Below, one piece after another: positions 58,395-64,000 of a DNA stretch of 64,000 nucleotides; within the stretch, counting starts at the first letter, position 1, and each line of letters starts with the position of its first letter. The stretch comes from Candidatus Eiseniibacteriota bacterium (GTDB lineage: Bacteria; Orphanbacterota; Orphanbacteria; Orphanbacterales; Orphanbacteraceae). The notes beneath the pieces were generated by a model. That model searched no databases and had not been told where the DNA came from. It was given only the letters and a program-made list of their open reading frames with translations. A program made the translations under genes and the position numbers. The stretch is from contig JAFGGD010000041.1 of NCBI GenBank assembly GCA_016930695.1, positions 1 through 64,000 on the forward strand, given 5' to 3'.

Positions 58395-59714
58395 TTAGTC
58401 GCCTCCTCCCGTCAGCCTTCTCTCGATCACGCCGGCGACCGAGGTGATGTCGAACCCCTCGGGCATGGTCTCGGTGGTCCAGAGAAAGGCGTCGTCCCAG
58501 TTGTGCATGCCGGTGAAATGGGAGCGGCCGAACACGTCTCCGGTCCGCATCCATCCTTTTACGTCATAACCGTCGTTGGCGAGGAGGACCAGGTCCGGCG
58601 CGTGCGCCGTCTGGGGGCCCGAGTAGATCTCTTCGGGACGGAAGGCGCCCTGAAACACCTTCTCCCCCTCGAACTCGAGGGCCATCGCCTTCGATCGGAT
58701 CTCCTCGCAGATCGCCGGGATTTCCGCCGGATCGACGCACCCCTTCGGAAAACGGTCCTTCCGGTGCAGGTAGATCCGTGTCGGGTCGAGCCCGAAGGCG
58801 CGCGACGAGGGAGCGGCGTCGGCGAAAGACTCGGGCCGCTCCTTGGCGAAGGAGAGATACCCCTCCCGCGCCAGCCAGGCATTGAGATAGAACTCGCGAC
58901 GGATCAGGGTGAATCCGTGGTCCGAGAGGGCGATGAATCCCTCGGGACCGCCGGTCGTTTCCGCGTAGCGGTCGAACACTTTCCCGAGGAAGGCGTCCAC
59001 CTTGCCGTAGTACTCCATGGCGCGGCCGTGATGGGGATGGCCCGGATCCTCGACCGCCGCGTACTGGAAATGCTGAAGCCTGTCCGTGCCGGTGACCACG
59101 ATCTCGAAAAGGTCCCACTCCTCCCGGTCCCAGAGATAGTCCAATACCCGCTCCCTCCCCCGGAGGGTGCTCGTGAGTTCCCGAAAGAGGAAGTCCGGAT
59201 CCTTCCCGCCGCGCTGGGAGTCGACGTCGATCTCGTAGTCGAGCTGCTCCAGCTTTTTCGCCAGGAACGCCGGGTACACCGCCTTCCGCATATCGATCGC
59301 CACGAAACCGGCGATCAACACGCCCGGGATCTCCCGTGCCGGATAGGTGGAGGGTTGGTTCACCACCACCGAGCGGAGCCCTTTCTCACCGAGCCGATCC
59401 CAGAGGGTGGACGTCTTCATGCTCGGGAAGCTGGGGAACCGGACGCCGTATCCGCCCGGTTCGAACTCGGTGAAGCCGTAGATGCCGTGGGTGCCCGGGT
59501 CCGCGCCGGCCATGAAGCTGGGCCAGCTCACGGCGGATACCTCCGGCAGGGTGACCCGCATTTTCCGCAGGTTCCCGTCGCCGAAGATTTCCTTCGCCCG
59601 GGGCATCACGTCGCCGTCCATCAGCCTCGCGAGCAACGTCTGAGGCAGCCCGTCGATGCCGAAAACGCACGCCTTCGGCCCCGAACGCTTCTTTTTCCAG
59701 AAAGCGAGAGCCAA
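58395..59714 (-). CDS. Cytoplasmic PF01663 phosphodiesterase family protein (paralog 3)
   Basis: No signal peptide. VFGIDGLPQTLL, PEVSAVSWPSFMAGADPGTHGIYGF, IALSDHGF. Confidence 0.85.
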   Translation of the reverse strand: MALAFWKKKRSGPKACVFGIDGLPQTLLARLMDGDVMPRAKEIFGDGNLRKMRVTLPEVSAVSWPSFMAGADPGTHGIYGFTEFEPGGYGVRFPSFPSMKTSTLWDRLGEKGLRSVVVNQPSTYPAREIPGVLIAGFVAIDMRKAVYPAFLAKKLEQLDYEIDVDSQRGGKDPDFLFRELTSTLRGRERVLDYLWDREEWDLFEIVVTGTDRLQHFQYAAVEDPGHPHHGRAMEYYGKVDAFLGKVFDRYAETTGGPEGFIALSDHGFTLIRREFYLNAWLAREGYLSFAKERPESFADAAPSSRAFGLDPTRIYLHRKDRFPKGCVDPAEIPAICEEIRSKAMALEFEGEKVFQGAFRPEEIYSGPQTAHAPDLVLLANDGYDVKGWMRTGDVFGRSHFTGMHNWDDAFLWTTETMPEGFDITSVAGVIERRLTGGGD

Positions 59715-59736
59715 GAGGGTGATCCTCCTCTATTCC

Positions 59737-60348
59737 CTAGATATAGCCGAGATCGCGGAGGCGCTGCTTGATTTTTTCCTCCTCCTCGGCGGAGTACTCC
59801 TCCGAGGCGTCGGCGCCGGGAATGTAGCCCATCAGTTCGAGCGTTCGGATCACCTTTTGCACGCTCTCCTCAAGGTCCTCTTTGTCGGTCTCCACCAGGA
59901 CCTCCGGCTTGAGGGGCTCCTCGTAGGGGTCATCTACACCCGTAAATCCTTTGATTTCACCGGCTCGGGCCTTCTTGTAGAGGCCCTTCACGTCCCGCTC
60001 CTCGAGCACGTCGAGGGGGCACTTCGCGTAGACCTCGACGAAACGGCCGATCATCTCCCGGTTGTAGTCGCGGATGTCGCGATAGGGGCTGATGGCCGAG
60101 GCGATGGCGACCACGCCGTTGCGGCTGAGCAGGTTGCAAACGAAGCCGATTCGTTTGATGTTCTCGTCCCGGTCCTCCTTGGAGAACCCCAGACCCTTGC
60201 AGAGGTTCGTGCGGATCACGTCTCCGTCGAGCACTTCCACGTTCAGGCCGCGCTCGAGGAGGATCTCCTCCACCGCGCGGGCGATCGTCGTCTTTCCCGA
60301 CCCGGAAAGGCCGGTAAACCAAAGAGTGAAGCCTTTTTGCGAACTCAT
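59737..60348 (-). CDS. cysC: Adenylylsulfate (APS) kinase with ~25-aa acidic/basic C-terminal extension ending RLRDLGYI
   Basis: P-loop [11 protein letters not shown] and the canonical APS kinase core ([23 protein letters not shown]). Confidence 0.95.
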   Translation of the reverse strand: MSSQKGFTLWFTGLSGSGKTTIARAVEEILLERGLNVEVLDGDVIRTNLCKGLGFSKEDRDENIKRIGFVCNLLSRNGVVAIASAISPYRDIRDYNREMIGRFVEVYAKCPLDVLEERDVKGLYKKARAGEIKGFTGVDDPYEEPLKPEVLVETDKEDLEESVQKVIRTLELMGYIPGADASEEYSAEEEEKIKQRLRDLGYI

Positions 60349-60420
60349 GCGTGCGTTCCTCCTCCGTGCGATCGAATGGGTCCCTCCCCAGGGACCACGG
60401 ATCGGCAGGAATCCCCGGTT

Positions 60421-61800
60421 CTAAAAGAGAGGTTCTCCGATCATGTGCTCCGGGATGTCCACGTTGAAAAACCGGAGAATCGTCGGCGCGATGTCGTAAA
60501 TCGAATAGGGATCCTTCTTCTTCACGTCCACCTTGGCGGGATGGTCCCAGATGAAGATCCCGTCCCAGTCGTGATTCGCGTCGTCCGGTCCGGTGTCGTT
60601 CTCGAAAATGTGCACCGCGCCGGTCCCCACCGAGCCGGCGGACCGCCAGGCGAGATCGCCGAAGAAGACGATCAGGTCGGGCGCGATGCCGTTCACCACG
60701 CGGTAGATGTCCTCCGGCTTGTAGACGGTGGTGCCGATCGGGTTCCCCTTCTCGTCGGGGATCGCCTCGATCTTCGCCTTCAGCTCGTCGCGGAAGGCGT
60801 CGTAGTCGGCCGAGGGGATCTTCCCCTTCGGCTCGCGCCCCTCCACGTTCAGGAAGATGCGCGAATAGTATCCGCCCTCGCCCCAGGCCTTCGTCTTGGA
60901 CCAGTTCACCATGTCCGGCGTGAGGCGGGTCGGCTCCGTGGGCGTTTCTTTGAGAGTCAAAAGACCCTCGCGGATCAGCCACTCGTTGACGCAGATCGCG
61001 CCGTCCATCCTGCGGGCGCCGTGGTCGGAGGTGACCATCACCGACGTGTCCCGCGGAAGGTCGTCCAGAAGAAGGCCGATCTCCTCGTCCACGAGCTTGT
61101 AGTAGTCGCGGATGGCGTGCTCGTACTTGTGGCCTGGCTCGTAGAGACGGTGCTCCTCGTCGAAGTAGCGCCAGAAGCCGTGATGCATCCGGTCGATCCC
61201 CATCTCCACCATCGCCATGAAATCGAACTCTTTTTTGCGGACGAAGTGACGGAACGCGGAGAAACGGCGCCGGGTCATCTCGTGGATCTGATCGAGGAGC
61301 CAGTCCTTGTCGTCGGTGCGGAAGTCCTTCACGTCGATCATGTAATCGCCGCCCGCCGCCTGGTCGACCTCGGAGGCCGCCTCGCGCGGGTGGGTCCACT
61401 GAACTTCCTTGCTCGGCGTGAGGAAGCTGGAGACCATCACCCCCTTGAGCGGCTTGGGCGGATAGGTCTGGGGGACGCCGAAAACGAGCGAGTTCAGGCG
61501 TTGCCGGGAAAGGTAGTTCCAGACCGTTTTCGCCTTCACGTACTTGGCGTTGGCGAAGAACAGATCCTTGTAATCGTAGCTCGCCCGATTCCGGAAACCG
61601 TAGAAACCGAGCTGGCCCGGATCCTGCGAGGTCATCATCGAGGTCCAGGCGGGCACGGTGATGGGCGGGATGGTGGAGCGCAGCTTGCCGTACACGCCGT
61701 CGTCCATCAACGAGCGCAGGTTCGGCAAATCGTCCCGCCAACGTTCGAACACGAGCTGGGGCGCCGCGCAGTCCAAACCGATCATGGCCAAACGACTCAT
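60421..61800 (-). CDS. Cytoplasmic PF01663 phosphodiesterase family protein (paralog 4)
   Basis: MIGLDCAAPQL, PPITVPAWTSMMTSQDPGQLGFYGF (Thr nucleophile), MVTSDHGA. Its start overlaps the sat stop (atga). Confidence 0.85.
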   Translation of the reverse strand: MSRLAMIGLDCAAPQLVFERWRDDLPNLRSLMDDGVYGKLRSTIPPITVPAWTSMMTSQDPGQLGFYGFRNRASYDYKDLFFANAKYVKAKTVWNYLSRQRLNSLVFGVPQTYPPKPLKGVMVSSFLTPSKEVQWTHPREAASEVDQAAGGDYMIDVKDFRTDDKDWLLDQIHEMTRRRFSAFRHFVRKKEFDFMAMVEMGIDRMHHGFWRYFDEEHRLYEPGHKYEHAIRDYYKLVDEEIGLLLDDLPRDTSVMVTSDHGARRMDGAICVNEWLIREGLLTLKETPTEPTRLTPDMVNWSKTKAWGEGGYYSRIFLNVEGREPKGKIPSADYDAFRDELKAKIEAIPDEKGNPIGTTVYKPEDIYRVVNGIAPDLIVFFGDLAWRSAGSVGTGAVHIFENDTGPDDANHDWDGIFIWDHPAKVDVKKKDPYSIYDIAPTILRFFNVDIPEHMIGEPLF

Positions 61801-62972
61801 GCGTTCTGCTCCTTGTCGCGATTCTGGTAGTGGTTCATCAGGATCTCGGCGACTTCGGGACGGGTGAACTCCACCGGCGGCCTCTCGCCGCGGCCGAGCA
61901 TCTCCCGCACTTTCGTGCCGCTCAGGAAGACGTGGTCTTCGCTGCCGTGGGGGCAGGTCTTGGACGACGCCATGTTACCGCACTTTTTGCAGAAGAAGGC
62001 GTGGTCGAAGAACATCGGGGTGATGTCGATCTCGTAGCGATCGAAATCCCGGAAGATGTAATGGGCGTCGTACGTTCCATAGAAGGAGCCCACCCCGGCG
62101 TGGTCCCGGCCGACGATGAAATGGGAGCAGCCGTAGTTCTTGCGGACCAAGGCGTGGAAGACCGCTTCCCTCGGACCGGCGTAACGCATCGCCGCCGGGA
62201 AGATGGAAAGGGCGGTCCGGGTGGAGGGGTAGTAGTTCTCGAAGAGCGCCTGGTAGCAATCCATGCGCACCTCCGCCGGAATGTCCTCGCTGCGCGTCGC
62301 GCCGACGAGGGGGTGGACCAAGAGGCCGTCCACGATCTCGAGGGCGCATTTCTGTAGATATTCGTGGGCGCGGTGGATCGGGTTCCGCGTCTGGAAGGCG
62401 ACCACCGTCTCCCAACCTTTCGCCTTGAAGAGCACCCGCGTCTCGATCGGATCGAGGCGGAAATTTTCGAAGCGTTTATGCTTGGGCCGCTGAAGCAGGG
62501 TGATCGGCCCTCCGAGGTAGGTGTCCGTGATCGACTGGAGGTACTGCACGCCGGGATGCGACTCATCGCTCGTGAGGAGGATCTTCTCCGCCTCCTGTAG
62601 TTTGTCGACGCGGTACTTCTCCTCCAGGTCGAGGACGCCGAGCACCTCGCCCCCCGTGCCGACGAGGGCGATCTTCTCCCCCTCCCGGTATGCGTCGCCG
62701 TCCCCCTCTTTCACCGCTAAAACCACCGGGATGGTCCAGGGGAGACCCTTCGCGAATCGTTTCAGGTCGAGCACGGAGATGTAGTCTTCGCGGGTCATGA
62801 AACCCTCGAGGGGGCTCATCGCCCCGATGGCGATCATCTCCAGGTCCGAGACCTCCCGTTCGTTCAGCTGGATTCGCGGAAGGGAACCGACCTTCTCCAG
62901 GAGGGACTCCCGTTCTTTCCCCTCGGCGATCCGATTGACCAATCTGCCTCCGTGCGCGCGTATCTGTGCCAT
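61797..62972 (-). CDS. sat: Sulfate adenylyltransferase (ATP sulfurylase)
   Basis: QTRNPIHRAHE and GRDHAG motifs; 391 aa. Confidence 0.95.
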   Translation of the reverse strand: MAQIRAHGGRLVNRIAEGKERESLLEKVGSLPRIQLNEREVSDLEMIAIGAMSPLEGFMTREDYISVLDLKRFAKGLPWTIPVVLAVKEGDGDAYREGEKIALVGTGGEVLGVLDLEEKYRVDKLQEAEKILLTSDESHPGVQYLQSITDTYLGGPITLLQRPKHKRFENFRLDPIETRVLFKAKGWETVVAFQTRNPIHRAHEYLQKCALEIVDGLLVHPLVGATRSEDIPAEVRMDCYQALFENYYPSTRTALSIFPAAMRYAGPREAVFHALVRKNYGCSHFIVGRDHAGVGSFYGTYDAHYIFRDFDRYEIDITPMFFDHAFFCKKCGNMASSKTCPHGSEDHVFLSGTKVREMLGRGERPPVEFTRPEVAEILMNHYQNRDKEQNA

Positions 62973-62999
62973 ATCCTCGTTCCTCGATTGTCCGGGGGG

Positions 63000-63221
63000 C
63001 TAATCCAAATAACCCAGGTTCTTGAGTTTTCTGCGGATGCTGCGCAACTCCTCCGGGGAGAATTCCTCCGGTTCTTCAAACACTCCCTTCTCTCCCAAAA
63101 GGTCCCGCAGCACGAAAACGATGAAGTCCGTCGGCGAACTGAAACCCGATCCCTGCACCACCTGGCTGACCCTGCGGTAAAGCGGACGCGGAATCTTAAT
63201 GGTGACTCGGTTCTCTTTCAT
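63000..63221 (-). CDS. Small ribbon-helix-helix-like protein with C-terminal EE..RRKLKNLGYL motif
   Basis: 73 aa, homologous to the 53987..54178 product; sits immediately upstream of sat. Confidence 0.5.
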   Translation of the reverse strand: MKENRVTIKIPRPLYRRVSQVVQGSGFSSPTDFIVFVLRDLLGEKGVFEEPEEFSPEELRSIRRKLKNLGYLD

Positions 63222-63357
63222 TCCCCTCTGGCTCCAATCGTATACCTAATCACACTCCAAAGAGAGCCTGATGATAGCCCAACCGCGGGAAAAAGTCAAC
63301 CGGACACAAGGAGGAAGTCAATCTTTAATTCCTTGTCTTACAATACATTATCACATT

Positions 63358-64000
63358 CTATCTTGTGCCGGGGGTCTCGGTCGCCCCGGAAAGTGAGGAC
63401 GGGGCGGGAGGATCCGCATCGGGCGGCCGGACCCACACCTCGACGGGAGTGGGGCCGTCGATCCGCAGGGTCTGCGCCCAGGTCGACCGGATCAACGCTT
63501 CGAGGCCGGGGGCGCGGAAATAGGTCTTCTCGGTCTGCCCGTCGATCACCACCACCGCGGGAGGTTTCCTGCGGAAGATCTCGAACACCTCGAGGTGCCG
63601 CTCATTGTACGGTTCCTGGCTCTGCAGGGAGAGGGGATGATCGATGCCGTGGAAGGGACGCCTGTCGGCGAGATACTCCCAGATCACCGCGCCGGAGAGA
63701 ACCGTCTCGCCCCAGTCGGAATGATCCGCCACTTCCCGCCCGACCCGCTCGACCACGGCCGGAGACCACTCGGCGTGGAACCGGACGCCTCCTCTGTTCC
63801 GCGCATAGACCGCCGAGTAAACCAGTCCGAAGAGGGCGAGGGCGAGGAGCAGCCGAGCGCCCACCCGCCGGACATCGAGGGTGCGCGCGACGATCCATGC
63901 GCCGCCGAGGAAGAGGAGACCGGTAAGAAGCCCCGCGTACGGCCCGATTCGGAGCGCCCCATCCGGCGGGCGACGAAGGAGAAAGAAGAGAAAGAGGATG
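63358..64000 (-). CDS. Hypothetical membrane protein, N-terminus beyond the window (partial)
   Basis: The reading frame stays open upstream of the GTG at 63864 through to the window edge (..ILFLFFLLRRPPDGALRIGPYAGLLTGLLFLGGAWIVARTLDVRRVGARLLLALALFGLVY..), with several hydrophobic helices. Confidence 0.5.
   Translation of the reverse strand, partial: ILFLFFLLRRPPDGALRIGPYAGLLTGLLFLGGAWIVARTLDVRRVGARLLLALALFGLVYSAVYARNRGGVRFHAEWSPAVVERVGREVADHSDWGETVLSGAVIWEYLADRRPFHGIDHPLSLQSQEPYNERHLEVFEIFRRKPPAVVVIDGQTEKTYFRAPGLEALIRSTWAQTLRIDGPTPVEVWVRPPDADPPAPSSLSGATETPGTR

Noticed and set aside
54220-61830. Long plus-strand ORFs (54220..56295, 56439..58370, 59656..61830) and 59957..61741 minus
   Set aside because: Antisense or alternate-frame shadows of the PDE/cysC genes; compositionally non-coding.

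Overview
This is a high-GC (roughly 68-70% by eye) bacterial chromosomal segment, gene-dense on both strands, with many 4-bp start/stop overlaps (ATGA/GTGA) that suggest translational coupling. Two proteins carry a type-A T9SS C-terminal sorting domain and many have Cys lipoboxes, which fits an FCB-superphylum-like lineage (Gemmatimonadota or a related candidate phylum), but the taxonomic placement is inference only. The content is dominated by peptide scavenging: POT and OPT transporters, two M28 peptidases, an M1 aminopeptidase and an S9 prolyl oligopeptidase. The window also holds a NikK/NikL-CbiMQO Ni/Co ECF transporter, CorA, an ABC-2 exporter and SbcEF-like DNA repair genes. The 3' third is a minus-strand cluster in which sat and cysC (PAPS synthesis) are interleaved with four PF01663-type phosphodiesterase paralogs and two small RHH-like proteins. 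I saw no rRNA, tRNA or CRISPR. Five things stand out. A ~1.55 kb low-GC cassette is bracketed by two identical 62-bp perfect-hairpin direct repeats and carries a secreted beta-helix gene interrupted at an 11-G homopolymer, a candidate phase-variable contingency locus. A circularly permuted cofactor-independent phosphoglycerate mutase. A dispersed MITE-like repeat family with three copies, plus GAAATC-type minisatellites marking insertion borders. A C-terminal EE..K.KLK.LGYI motif shared by CysC and the two RHH-like proteins. An M28 peptidase with an inserted BNR/Ycf48-like propeller and a T9SS tail.
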